Of a DNA stretch of 32,000 nt, positions 20,114 to 30,153 are shown in pieces (position 1 is the first letter of the stretch; each line of letters starts with the position of its first letter). The stretch is from the sequence record CM128349.1, one strand, 5' to 3'. The translations under genes were made by a program, and so were the position numbers. The notes beneath the pieces are model-generated. The model ran no database searches. It was not told where the DNA came from and saw only the letters and a program-made list of their open reading frames with translations.

Positions 20114-20197
20114 TGAGCAGTAAAGGAATCGAACCTTTTACGGCTATTAACCAATTCTTTTACAGAGAATCACCATTACCAATCGGATCACCTGCCC
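20114..20197 (-). tRNA. trnY: tRNA-Tyr (anticodon GUA), long variable arm
   Basis: Reverse complement: acceptor GGGCAGG/ACTGCTC (one G-A at pair 7). Anticodon arm is ATTCT-CTGTAAA-AGAAT (perfect). T arm is AAAGG-TTCGATT-CCTTT. Confidence 0.85.
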
Positions 20198-20534
20198 TAA
20201 TATACAAAATATTTATTATCATTTTATAAAGAAAAAAATATTTAGAAATATTTTTTTCTTTATAAAATTAAAAATGTTATTAAACAATAATATAAAACAA
20301 ATTATTTTATTTTGTAGCTATAATACTTCTTTTAAATAAAAATAAAAACAATTTATTTTTATTTTAATAAAGGCTAGATAAGTATCGTTGTACAGCTAAT
20401 AAACTAATAAATTATTAATCAAATACTAATATTATATTTTATAATATAATAAATGTATAATTTAATATTTACAAGATGTTCAAATAAATATAATTATATC
20501 TTTATTAAATCATTAAATAAAATTATAAAATTAT

Positions 20535-20607
20535 AGCCGAAAAAAGGAATCGAACCTTCTTTTTACCATCATGAGTGGTATGTTTTAACCTTTTAAACTA
20601 CTTCAGC
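20535..20607 (-). tRNA. trnM: second tRNA with CAU anticodon (Met or lysidine-Ile)
   Basis: Reverse complement: acceptor GCTGAAG/TTTCGGC and D stem GTTT/AAAC. Anticodon arm is TACCA-CTCATGA-TGGTA (perfect). T arm is GAAGG-TTCGATT-CCTTT. Confidence 0.85.
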
Positions 20608-20824
20608 ATTATCTTTTTTTTTTAATATTAATCGTCTATTTCTAAAATGAAAATATAATTAATTATATTCTTATGTTTATTATAAATACTTTAATCTTTT
20701 AGATATATAAAACAATAATATTTTTATATGATTAAAAATAAATCAAAATTCAGATAAATGATTCTTTTATATTAGTAATCTCTATCATCTTTCTATAGTT
20801 AATTATTTACTTATTTAGATCATT

Positions 20825-20840
20825 AAATGGGGGTTTACAA
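20825..20840 (-). promoter_or_regulatory. C-rich 3'-end motif downstream of rps3 (sense: TTGTAAACCCCCATTT)
   Basis: The G5 run at 20829-20833 lies 18 nt past the rps3 stop. Confidence 0.65.
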
Positions 20841-20850
20841 TTTTAATAAA

Positions 20851-22335
20851 TTAAAAGAAATTTTGTCCTGAAGAAATTGTAATAGAGAATGCACCTTTTT
20901 TATTTTTTTTAGTAATTCTTTGTACATCTAACATATTAACTTTACCTGTTGCTGTAGATCCTTTTTCAAATATTTTAGTTGTTTTTCGTGGTATAATAGC
21001 TTCTTTCAATAATCGACCAGCAACTTTAATATTTAATCCAGATAAGAAAGCAGGAACTTCATTAATTTGATTTTTATCATTAAAGTTAATAACTGCATTT
21101 TTTTTAGCATATAGTTTTCTAATAGTAATATTAATATTTTTTTTTTTAACAATTAATCCTAATAAATTTACTAAAATATTACTATCATAATAAGGATGAT
21201 GTAATCTAATTAATTCTAATTCTACAGGTTTTTTGAAAAATTTACTTAATATAAATAATAAAATGTTAAATTTATTTGGAAAGTTATTAGTTAAAACTTT
21301 ATTATTTAAGCTAATTAATTTAAATAATAAAAAATATTTTTTACTTCTAAATATTCTAAGTGTTTTTCTAAAACTTCTAGTATTAAATAATAGTCTTCTA
21401 TTAATATTATTTTTCTTAATTATTAATTGTGTAGGTGTACTAATATTTAAACTATTTGCCATTTTATTTGTTTTTATATTACTTACAATTTTATTATTTT
21501 TTACTAGTTTATGTGTTTTCTTTAACCATTTAAATAAATTATTAGAAGGTATAGATAAGTAATAAAATAGATGTATTTGAACTTTATCAGGTGTAATAAT
21601 AAATACAGGTTTACTAATAAAACAATACATTGATTTAAATACACTATATAAATATTTATAACATTCATTATATTTTTGATTATTAACTCCGTCACTAGAA
21701 TTAAAATTATAACCTATAGTTCTATTATTTAAAATTACTATACCCTTTTTACTCATATTATATATACTTATTGCTTTTAAATATTTATATAAATTAGGTT
21801 TAAGTTCTTCAATTTTATTACTATTTTTAATATCTAAATTTGTATCATTATTAGCGGTGCTAGTATTTGATTCTATTGAATTATATTCTACAGATACAGG
21901 ATTAGATAATAATGAATTTATGTTTGCTATATTAGTTGAACTACCATTGAATTCTACAAATTTATTACTATTTAACATAGAATTTAATGTTTGTTCTAAT
22001 TTTATTTGATTAGATTTATTTTTTACTAAATTAGGTATATAATTTATTTTATTTAATTTATTTGATTTATTATTTGTGGCTTCATTTAATCCAATATTAT
22101 TTGTTATATTTGAATTAGATGAATTGAAATTACTTTCAAGTATAGAATTAGAATTAATGTTTATATTAGATTTAAGTTTACTTTTATCATTTAATATTTT
22201 TTTCAATATAGGATTTTTAAATAAAGAAAATATATTATTTGATATAGGTTTTACCATTTCTAAATTTAAATTTTCTTCAATTAAATTTTCATTTTTATTA
22301 TTTTGATTATTATTTTGTTTTGTTGTATTTATCAA
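20851..22335 (-). CDS. rps3: mitochondrial ribosomal protein S3 (Var1-type), free-standing
   Basis: The ORF is 494 codons. The C-terminal part (GLNIKVAGRLLKEAIIPRKTTKIFEKGS..) resembles the uS3 C-terminal domain (GIKI..GRL). The N-terminal half is Asn/Ser-rich and low complexity. The track start at 22335 is TTG, immediately after an in-frame TAA. The first ATG is at 22255-22257, so the start is uncertain. Confidence 0.8.
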   Translation of the reverse strand: MINTTKQNNNQNNKNENLIEENLNLEMVKPISNNIFSLFKNPILKKILNDKSKLKSNININSNSILESNFNSSNSNITNNIGLNEATNNKSNKLNKINYIPNLVKNKSNQIKLEQTLNSMLNSNKFVEFNGSSTNIANINSLLSNPVSVEYNSIESNTSTANNDTNLDIKNSNKIEELKPNLYKYLKAISIYNMSKKGIVILNNRTIGYNFNSSDGVNNQKYNECYKYLYSVFKSMYCFISKPVFIITPDKVQIHLFYYLSIPSNNLFKWLKKTHKLVKNNKIVSNIKTNKMANSLNISTPTQLIIKKNNINRRLLFNTRSFRKTLRIFRSKKYFLLFKLISLNNKVLTNNFPNKFNILLFILSKFFKKPVELELIRLHHPYYDSNILVNLLGLIVKKKNINITIRKLYAKKNAVINFNDKNQINEVPAFLSGLNIKVAGRLLKEAIIPRKTTKIFEKGSTATGKVNMLDVQRITKKNKKGAFSITISSGQNFF

Positions 22336-22618
22336 TTTTTATATTTTAATTTATAAATTAAAAGGCAGATCATAAAAATGAGCCATATTTAATTAGATGT
22401 TAATTTCAACTATATTAATAATTTATTTAACCTAATAAAACTTTAAAAATATTTGTAATATGATCTAAATTATATAATTATTTATTAATAGAGCTAAATA
22501 TATAATATAACCATTTTAGAAAAAAAAATTTTGTATTTTTTTATTAATGTTTAAATAAATAAATTATTAACATTTTTTATCATTACAATTATAATTATTG
22601 GTATACTTATTCGTTCCG

Positions 22619-22641
22619 TTCCTAGCAAAGCAAGCTAGGAA
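22619..22641. repeat. hairpin-family element TTCCTAGC-AAAGCAA-GCTAGGAA (8-bp perfect stem)
   Basis: Read directly. It lies in the divergent rps3/atp9 spacer. Confidence 0.75.
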
Positions 22642-22979
22642 TTATAATTGTTAAATATAAAGGATACTACTACTATTTTAAATGATAAATTTTCCCTAAT
22701 ATTTAATATAAATTTAAACATAAAATAATAGGGCAACTGTTATAAAAATATATTATTTTTAAATAAAATATTATATGTATTAATTATTACATAATATTAA
22801 ACATAAAAATAAAAAGATTAAATAAAATTTATTAATAATTATTAATTAAGTATCTTTAACAAATTTAATTTCAATCTTCAGTCACTCTTTTAAAAAAATA
22901 ATTATTATATTTAAAATTAAAAATAGGTTTATTAATAATTATGATTAATTGTTTATAAATTTATAATTTTTATTATTAA

Positions 22980-23285
<306 letters not shown>

Positions 23286-23372
23286 TTATAAGTATTTAAT
23301 TATATTAATAAAAAAGAGTTTAGCTTAAAAACTAAAAATTGAAGTTTATATAACATCAAATAATATTAAATT

Positions 23373-23386
23373 ATTAACCCCCTCTA
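23373..23386 (+). promoter_or_regulatory. C-rich 3'-end motif downstream of atp9 (ATTAACCCCCTCTA)
   Basis: The C5 run at 23378-23382 lies about 93 nt past the atp9 stop. Confidence 0.6.
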
Positions 23387-23411
23387 ATTATTCCTCTATG
23401 ATAATATTTGC

Positions 23412-23438
23412 TAGTTTGCTTTCTAACAAAGCAAACTA
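23412..23438. repeat. hairpin TAGTTTGCTTT-CTAAC-AAAGCAAACTA (11-bp perfect stem)
   Basis: Read directly. It lies about 30 nt after the atp9 C-motif. Confidence 0.8.
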
Positions 23439-23676
23439 AATATACTTAATACTAACATAATTATAACTATATAATTACTAATTATATAATAAACTAATTT
23501 TTAATAAATATAAAATACTTTAGTAAATATAATATAAATAATTTAGTATTTGTATATAAAAGAATAACAATATTATATAAAACAAATTAAATTATATTTT
23601 ATAATAAAAATATTAAAATAAATATACTAAAAATATAGTAAAATTAAAAATAATAAATTTAAAAGTAGGCTAAGAT

Positions 23677-25476
23677 ATGATTTTCATTTCAATATTAACA
23701 TTAATAGTGGCTAAGGCCCTACCATCTCTCAATAGTAAAATAAGTAGTGTAGGTTTCACTAGAATATCAGCTATAATTTTTATATTCTCGGGTGCATTAA
23801 CTTTAAATGCTCTTTATATTCAGTCAATTGGATCGGGAATAGGTATATATAGCGGATTATTCCACATAACTCAAATTTCTCAATCAATAGAATTCTTTTT
23901 ATTAGTAATTGGTTCTTTAATATTAATAGCTTGGCCTTTAGTAAGTTATAAAGAAAATAAACACAGTAAAACTGAAATATCAAATTTATATGTACTAGAA
24001 AATGATACTTTAATTGGAGCTAGAAAAGGTATAAATACTTCTACAGATTATTCTTTAGTAGTATTATTTAGTACTTTAGGATCTTGTTTATTAATATCAT
24101 GTTCTGATTTAATTTCTTTATATTTAAGTATAGAATTACAATCTTTTGGTTTATATATTTTAGCAACTTTATATAGAGATAGTGAATCTTCAACTAGTGC
24201 AGGTTTAAAATATTTCTTATTAGGTGGTTTATCTTCATGTATAATTTTATTAGGTTGTGGATTAATTTATTCTTATACAGGTTTAACAAATTTAGAATCA
24301 ATATATAGTTTAATTTCTGTATCTGAAATTAATTATTTATTACAAGGTTTCAATTTAGGTTTAATATTAATTATTATTGGTTTCTTATTTAAAATTGCTG
24401 CTGCACCTTTACATAATTGGTCACCAGATGTTTATGATGATACTCCAACTATAGTAACAATTTGGTTAACAATAATGCCTAAAATAGCTATATTAATTTT
24501 ATTATTAGAATTACATTTACAAATAGGTTTAATAAGTACAGTACAAAATAATATTAGTGATATAACATTAAATAATATAACTTCATATATAAATATAAAT
24601 ACTTTAAATAAAATTACACCTTTAAATATATTAAATTCTGATAATACTTTATATATTTTAAAAAATTTATTATTAATAAGTTCAGTATTATCATTAATAA
24701 TTGGATCAGTAGTAGGTTTAGCTCAAACAAGAATAAAAAGATTATTAGCTTATAGTACAATATCTCATATTGGATTTATGTTATTAGCTTTATCAATAAA
24801 TACTGAACAATCAATAAATTCATTTTTATTTTATATTATACAATATACAATTACAAATTTAAATATTTTTTTAATTATTATTGCTTTAAGTTATTTAATT
24901 AGTTCTAATTCTAATCAAAGCCAAAATTTAATTGAAAATAAAAATGATAATTCAGAAAGTTTAAATAATAAAATATTAGAAGGAATAAAATATGCTAGTT
25001 TTAATGTTAAAGGTTTAACAGATATTAGATATATTTCTGAACTTAAAGGACAATTTTTCTCAAATCCTATATTAAGTATTAGTTTAGCTATTTGTTTATT
25101 CTCAATGGCAGGTATTCCACCATTAATAGGATTCTTCTCAAAACAATATGTATTAAATTCAGCAATGCAAAATGGATATTATTTTATAAGTATATTAGCA
25201 ATTATCTTAAGTATAGTAAGTGCTTCTTATTATTTAAAAATAATAACAGTATTACATACAGAAACAGAAACATCTAATATTATTTCTGTAAATGGAGATA
25301 TTGCCAATTCAGATAATAATAATAATAATTTATTAGAAAATAAAGATAAAACATTAACAAATTTCCATAGTTTTTTAATATCAACATTAACTTTAATAAT
25401 ATTATTATTTATTTTAAAACCATCTTTAATCTTAAATAGCACTTTATTGCTGTCTTTATCTATATTTACAAGTTAA
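23677..25476 (+). CDS. nad2: NADH dehydrogenase subunit 2 (long form with Asn-rich insertions)
   Basis: Intact 599-aa ORF starting at ATG. Conserved stretches include LYLSIELQSFGLYILA, SAGLKYFLLGGLSS, KIAAAPLHNWSPDVYDDTPT, KRLLAYSTISHIGFML and MAGIPPLIGFFSK. The TAA stop abuts the nad3 ATG. Confidence 0.9.
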   Translation: MIFISILTLIVAKALPSLNSKISSVGFTRISAIIFIFSGALTLNALYIQSIGSGIGIYSGLFHITQISQSIEFFLLVIGSLILIAWPLVSYKENKHSKTEISNLYVLENDTLIGARKGINTSTDYSLVVLFSTLGSCLLISCSDLISLYLSIELQSFGLYILATLYRDSESSTSAGLKYFLLGGLSSCIILLGCGLIYSYTGLTNLESIYSLISVSEINYLLQGFNLGLILIIIGFLFKIAAAPLHNWSPDVYDDTPTIVTIWLTIMPKIAILILLLELHLQIGLISTVQNNISDITLNNITSYININTLNKITPLNILNSDNTLYILKNLLLISSVLSLIIGSVVGLAQTRIKRLLAYSTISHIGFMLLALSINTEQSINSFLFYIIQYTITNLNIFLIIIALSYLISSNSNQSQNLIENKNDNSESLNNKILEGIKYASFNVKGLTDIRYISELKGQFFSNPILSISLAICLFSMAGIPPLIGFFSKQYVLNSAMQNGYYFISILAIILSIVSASYYLKIITVLHTETETSNIISVNGDIANSDNNNNNLLENKDKTLTNFHSFLISTLTLIILLFILKPSLILNSTLLLSLSIFTS

Positions 25477-25845
25477 ATGAGTAATTTATTTTTTCTATTT
25501 ATTTTTATACCTATTTTAGCTGTAGTATTATTAGCTTTAAATTTATTATTAGCTCCACATAAACCTGATGAAAGTAAAGTTTCTGCTTATGAATGTGGTT
25601 TCTTAGCTTTACCTGGTCAAACTAGATCTACTTTCCAAATTCATTTCTATATTGTAGCTATGTTATTTTTAATTTTTGATCTAGAAATTTTACTTTTATT
25701 CCCTGTTGCTGTAACCTTATATCAAGTTAATACTTTTGGTTTCTCTATAGCTATTTTATTCTTTATAGTTTTAACTATAGGATTTATTTTAGAAATAGGT
25801 TCAGGTGCAATAAGTTTAAGTAATTATAATACTTCTAAAGAATAA
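25477..25845 (+). CDS. nad3: NADH dehydrogenase subunit 3
   Basis: Intact 122-aa ORF with conserved SAYECGF and FYIVAMLFLIFDLEILLLFP. It starts on the nucleotide after the nad2 stop. Confidence 0.93.
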   Translation: MSNLFFLFIFIPILAVVLLALNLLLAPHKPDESKVSAYECGFLALPGQTRSTFQIHFYIVAMLFLIFDLEILLLFPVAVTLYQVNTFGFSIAILFFIVLTIGFILEIGSGAISLSNYNTSKE

Positions 25846-25851
25846 TTAATT

Positions 25852-25866
25852 ATTAAATCCCCATTA
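25852..25866 (+). promoter_or_regulatory. C-rich 3'-end motif downstream of nad2-nad3 (ATTAAATCCCCATTA)
   Basis: The C4 run at 25859-25862 lies 14 nt past the nad3 stop. No motif lies between nad2 and nad3. Confidence 0.55.
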
Positions 25867-26189
25867 TAACTATTTAATATTTTTATTTTATAGGCATAAT
25901 ATTACTTAATACTAATTACTAAATTAACTCTAACAATTATTTATTAATTATAATTAATAAATTATAAAAAATAATAGTAATAAATAGTAAGTAAACAAAT
26001 AATTTATTTTAATAAAATAAAATAATTTAAAAATTTTTATAATAATTTCTTAAATATAAATTAAGATACCCTTAATATCTCATTAATATTATAGTTAATT
26101 AAATAAATTTTAACTATAAAAGCTTATTTTAAGCAGAGATAGCTCTTTAAATAAATTTAGAGCATTTAATTAAATAAAATGTTAAAAAT

Positions 26190-26348
26190 ATGCCTCAATT
26201 AATACCCTTTTTTTTCTATAATCAAATATTAGTAGCATTTGTAGTATTATTTTCTACAATATACCTATTTTCTGTATATTTCTTACCTTATTTTACATTA
26301 CAACAAGTTATTAGAACATATATTACTAAATTAAGTAAAAAAAATTAG
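26190..26348 (+). CDS. atp8: ATP synthase F0 subunit 8
   Basis: A 52-codon ORF that is too short for the track, found by hand. It reads MPQLIPFFFYNQILVAFVVLFSTIYLFSVYFLPYFTLQQVIRTYITKLSKKN then TAG. It has the canonical MPQL.PF start, one hydrophobic helix and a basic tail. Confidence 0.87.
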   Translation: MPQLIPFFFYNQILVAFVVLFSTIYLFSVYFLPYFTLQQVIRTYITKLSKKN

Positions 26349-26356
26349 ATTTTTAT

Positions 26357-26372
26357 AATTAAACCCCCTTAT
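26357..26372 (+). promoter_or_regulatory. C-rich 3'-end motif downstream of atp8 (AATTAAACCCCCTTAT)
   Basis: The C5 run at 26364-26368 lies 16 nt past the atp8 stop. It is identical to the nad5 copy over ATTAAACCCCCTT. Confidence 0.65.
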
Positions 26373-26686
26373 TTTTATATTTTATGATTTATATTTTTAA
26401 AGGAATTATATTTCATTATTTTTAACAATTAAATATTATTAATCAAATTTCCTCTAAGTAATAAGAAATAAATAAATTATTATAATTTAATATTATATAT
26501 ATAAGTATATATATTATATGTATATATACTTGGTTTCTATCAAATGATAGAACCATAAATTTTCTAGTAGTAATAAAATTATATTAAAAATATCTTTTAT
26601 AAATACATTATTTAATAAACCTGTAGCCTAGCATAGCCAGAAAAGTAATTGGAATCTTAATTTTTATTTATTTATTTTAGAATTTA

Positions 26687-26760
26687 CTGAGTTGACCAGA
26701 CTCGAACTGATATAAGCCATTACCAAAAAATGGTGTTTTTCCAAATTAAACTACAACTCA
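26687..26760 (-). tRNA. trnQ: tRNA-Gln (anticodon UUG)
   Basis: Reverse complement: acceptor TGAGTTG/CAACTCA (U1-A72) and D stem GTTT/AAAC. Anticodon arm is CCATT-TTTTGGT-AATGG. T arm is ATCAG-TTCGAGT-CTGGT. Confidence 0.88.
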
Positions 26761-26977
26761 TAAAAATAAATAAAACTAATTTAAATTAAATACTTTAAAT
26801 ATAATTATCTTTTTAGAATAAATAACTTATTGTTTTTTGTTTTTAATTTTGTTTAGCTCTGCTTAGCGTGGAACCTAGCATAAATCATTAAAATATTTTA
26901 TAATAAGATTATTTTTTTTGCTAAGAATCGCTAGCAAATACATTTATTTTAAAAATTTTAAATAAAACAAAAATTAT

Positions 26978-27049
26978 TGCCGAAAACTGGAATTGAACCA
27001 ATATCTAAATCTTACAAGGAGTCCGTTTTACCTATTAAACTATATCGGC
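26978..27049 (-). tRNA. trnT: tRNA-Thr (anticodon UGU)
   Basis: Reverse complement: acceptor GCCGATA/TTTCGGC (one mismatch) and D stem GTTT/AAAC. Anticodon loop is CTTGTAA, with one mismatch in the stem. T arm is ATTGG-TTCAATT-CCAGT. Confidence 0.8.
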
Positions 27050-27244
27050 TATTTTTATGATAAAATTAAAAACAAAAAACAATATTAATTAAAATTATTT
27101 AGCGTTACATTTGCTAAATTAAGATATTTTCGTAAATAATTAGAGAGCTATAAACAAGTTTCTAATGTGAAAAAAATTTTTTTTCACTGTTTGTTAAATG
27201 GAGCTACTGCTAATAAAATAAAATAATATTTTTAAATTAAAACT

Positions 27245-27316
27245 TGCCTTGGGAGAGAATCGAACTCCCATATCTATATCTTCAGTATAGCGCTTTGACC
27301 ACTAAGCAACCGAGGC
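27245..27316 (-). tRNA. trnF: tRNA-Phe (anticodon GAA)
   Basis: Reverse complement: acceptor GCCTCGG/CCAAGGC (one C-A) and D stem GCTT/AAGC. Anticodon arm is CTATA-CTGAAGA-TATAG. T arm is GGGAG-TTCGATT-CTCTC. Confidence 0.88.
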
Positions 27317-27351
27317 TAATATTTTATTACATTACTTCTTTTATATTGGCT

Positions 27352-27394
27352 ATTCTTGCGGCTCCGCTAGCAATACACTCAGAGCCGCAAGAAT
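27352..27394. other. perfect 13-bp GC-rich hairpin ATTCTTGCGGCTC-(17 nt loop with GCTAGCA)-GAGCCGCAAGAAT
   Basis: Read directly. It lies in the divergent spacer between trnF (minus) and nad4L (plus). Confidence 0.85.
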
Positions 27395-27425
27395 GTTATT
27401 ACTAGTAATTTATTATTATTTAATT

Positions 27426-27452
27426 AAATATAAATATAAATATAAATATAAA
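27426..27452. repeat. hexanucleotide tandem repeat (AAATAT)n, about 4.5 units
   Basis: Read directly: aaatataaatataaatataaatataaa. Confidence 0.8.
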
Positions 27453-27793
27453 AGGGTTCTATTAAGATTATTTAGAGCCTTATAATTAAATAATAATTCT
27501 TATTCTAGTCCTTTTATAAATTAAAAAAATAAAAAAAAAAGTATTTAAGACTTAATTTATTAAAAAAATAAGAATAATTCTAGAAATACGTGTTCTATTA
27601 AAAATTTATATTCTATTATTATTGTTAAATACAAAAATAAAATATTAAAAACTGTTATCGTCAAAAATAAAAATTATAAAAATAATAAAATAACTAAAAA
27701 AAGTGTTAAAACTTAAATATAAGAATATAATAAAATTAAAAAAATAAATTTTATTGCCTTTATTACCTGTACAACAATGAAAAACAAACAAAA

Positions 27794-28058
27794 ATGAATC
27801 TTTCATTATTATTATTTTTAATAGGAATATTAGGATTTATTCTTAATAGAAAAAATATAATCCTTATGATCATAGCCATAGAAATAATGTTATTAGCTGT
27901 AACTTTATTAGTATTAATAAGTTCTTTTGGTTTTGATGATAATGTTGGACAAACATTTAGTATATATAATATCAATAGCTGGTGCCGAATCAGTTATAGG
28001 ATTAAGTATATTAGTAGCATATTATAGATTAAGAGGGACAATATCTTTAAGAACATAA
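27794..28058 (+). CDS. nad4L: NADH dehydrogenase subunit 4L, one frame change within 27962-27972
   Basis: The gene begins MNLSLLLFLIGILGFILNRKNIILMIIAIEIMLLAVTLLVLISSFGFDDNVGQTFS. The conserved tail SIAGAESVIGLSILVAYYRLRGTISLRT is in the +1 frame and ends at TAA 28056-28058. The last A of that stop is the A of the nad5 ATG. The length, 265 nt, equals 3n+1. Confidence 0.85.
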
Positions 28059-30070
28059 TGTATTTATCAATAATTATATTACCTTTATTAGGTTCAATAG
28101 TATCAGGTTTTCTAGGTAGAAAAGTTGGAGTAAGTGGATCTAAATTTATAAGTTGTTTAAGTTTAATACTTTCATCAATTTTAATAACTATAGCCTTTTA
28201 TGAAGTAGGAATATGTGGTTCACCAGTATCAATAAATTTAGGTAGTTGGTTAGATTCCGAAATAATGTCAATTTCTTGGGAATTTTATTTTGATCAATTA
28301 ACAGTATCTTTAGGATTAGCTGTAATATATTGTTCAACATTAATTCATATATATACAATTGATTATTTATCTTCAGATCCTCATAATCAAAGATTTTTTT
28401 CATATTTATCAGCATTTACTGCAGGAATGTTAGTATTAATTTGTGGTGGTAATTTCTTTGTAATGTTTATAGGATGGGAAGCAATTGGAGTAGTATCTTA
28501 TTTATTAATTAATTTTTATTTTACAAGAATACAAGCCAATAAAGCAGCAATGTTAGCCTTCACTATGAATAGAACTGGAGATATGTTAATGAGTATAGGA
28601 TTTTTTGCTATATTCGCTTTATTTGGTACATTTAATTATAGTGCTTTATTTACATTAGTACCTTATATGAATGAAACAGCTATTACTATAATTTCTTTAT
28701 TATTATTAGGAGGTGCATTAGCTAAAAGTGCTAATATCCCATTACATTCTTGGTTACCTGGAAGTATGGAAGCTCCTACACCAGTAAGTGCACTACTTCA
28801 TGCTGCTACACTAGTTACAGCAGGTATTTATTTATTATTAAGATGTTCACCAATATTAGAATATAGTCCTAGTGCTTTATTAGTTATAACTTTAATAGGA
28901 TCAACAACAGCATTTTTTGCTGCTACTTCAGGTTTATTACAAAATGATTTAAAAAGAATTATTGCTTTTAGTACAATTAGTCAATTAGGATATATGATGA
29001 TGGCTATAGGATTAAGTCAATATAATGTTGCTTTAATGCATACAGTAAATCATGCTTTCTTTAAAGCTTTATTATTTTTAGGTGCTGGTCAAGTAATACA
29101 TTCTTTTGCAGATCAACAAGATATTAGAAAAATGGGTGGATTAATTAAATTTTTACCTTTTACTTATTCAGTAATGTTAGTAGGATCATTAAGTTTATTA
29201 GCTACTCCTTTCTTAACTGGATTCTATAGTAAAGATTTAATTTTAGAATTAGCTTTTGGACAATATTCTTTCACTGGTATGTATGCATATATATTAGGAA
29301 CAATTACTGCAGGTATAACAGCCTTCTATAGTTTTAGATTAATAAGTTTAGTATTCTTAACTACAGCAAATGGACCAAAAATATCTTATTTAAATATTCA
29401 TGAAGCTAATTTAGCTGTAATTATACCATTATTAGTTTTAGCTTTATTTAGTATTTTATTTGGATATATCTTTTCAGACTTATTTGTTGGAGTGGGTTCA
29501 GATTTCTTTGCTAATTCTTTATTCGTTCAACCTAATAATATATCTATAATTGAAACAGAATTCTCATTACCTTTAATTATTAAATTATTACCTGCTATTT
29601 TAAGTTTCTCTGGTGCAGCTGTAGCTATTTTCATGTATCATTTACAACCTAATTTTATTATTTTCTTAACTGAAAGTAGTATAGCTAGAAAAATGTATGG
29701 TTTCTTAAATGGTAAATATTATTTTGATGTAATTTATAATCATTATATTATTTCTAATGGTTTCAAAATTGCTTATTCTATTTCTAAAGAAATAGATAGA
29801 GGAGCAATTGAACTTTTAGGACCTTATGGGTTTGCTAATTCTTTTACTAATACAGGATTAAATATTGCTAAATTAGATACTGGTATTATTACTACTTATT
29901 CTTTATATATTAGTATTGGTTTACTAACTTTATTATTCTTAGTTTTTGCTCCAATTTTATTAGTTGAAACAGATATTACTATATTTAATGAAATTAGATT
30001 ATTTATTATATATTTTGCTTCTTTAATTTTAGTTTTATCTAGTAACATAAGTCAGCCAACTAATAAATAA
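28058..30070 (+). CDS. nad5: NADH dehydrogenase subunit 5
   Basis: Intact 670-aa ORF starting at ATG. Conserved stretches include MFIGWEAIGVVSYLLINFYFTRIQANKAA, KSANIPLHSWLPGSMEAPTPVSALLHAATLVTAG and FSTISQLGYMM..HAFFKALLFLGAG. Confidence 0.96.
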   Translation: MYLSIIILPLLGSIVSGFLGRKVGVSGSKFISCLSLILSSILITIAFYEVGICGSPVSINLGSWLDSEIMSISWEFYFDQLTVSLGLAVIYCSTLIHIYTIDYLSSDPHNQRFFSYLSAFTAGMLVLICGGNFFVMFIGWEAIGVVSYLLINFYFTRIQANKAAMLAFTMNRTGDMLMSIGFFAIFALFGTFNYSALFTLVPYMNETAITIISLLLLGGALAKSANIPLHSWLPGSMEAPTPVSALLHAATLVTAGIYLLLRCSPILEYSPSALLVITLIGSTTAFFAATSGLLQNDLKRIIAFSTISQLGYMMMAIGLSQYNVALMHTVNHAFFKALLFLGAGQVIHSFADQQDIRKMGGLIKFLPFTYSVMLVGSLSLLATPFLTGFYSKDLILELAFGQYSFTGMYAYILGTITAGITAFYSFRLISLVFLTTANGPKISYLNIHEANLAVIIPLLVLALFSILFGYIFSDLFVGVGSDFFANSLFVQPNNISIIETEFSLPLIIKLLPAILSFSGAAVAIFMYHLQPNFIIFLTESSIARKMYGFLNGKYYFDVIYNHYIISNGFKIAYSISKEIDRGAIELLGPYGFANSFTNTGLNIAKLDTGIITTYSLYISIGLLTLLFLVFAPILLVETDITIFNEIRLFIIYFASLILVLSSNISQPTNK

Positions 30071-30136
30071 TTAAAAATATACTTGTTTAGCTAATATAAT
30101 ATTTTTAAAATTACGCTAACAATTATAATTAATAAA

Positions 30137-30153
30137 AATTAAACCCCCTTTAA
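30137..30153 (+). promoter_or_regulatory. C-rich 3'-end motif downstream of nad4L-nad5 (AAATTAAACCCCCTTTA)
   Basis: The C5 run at 30144-30148 lies about 74 nt past the nad5 stop. Confidence 0.65.

Noticed and set aside
21233-22306. Two plus-strand ORFs (21233-21562 and 22076-22306) antisense to rps3
   Set aside because: They are low-complexity L/F/I/N-rich translations of the AT-rich antisense strand of rps3. Such ORFs are typical artefacts of AT-biased sequence.
23780-25442. Small ORFs overlapping nad2 (23780-23983 minus, 25092-25277 plus out of frame, 25230-25442 minus)
   Set aside because: All are nested in, or antisense to, the intact and conserved nad2 frame. None has a conserved motif.
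26499-26507. Exact yeast-type mitochondrial promoter nonamer ATATAAGTA
   Set aside because: It is a single occurrence inside an (AT)n-rich tract and is expected by chance at this composition. The next plus-strand gene is 1.3 kb away, behind three minus-strand tRNAs.
27763-28415. Minus-strand ORFs 27763-27975 and 28188-28415, antisense to nad4L and nad5
   Set aside because: They are antisense to conserved genes and are low-complexity translations.
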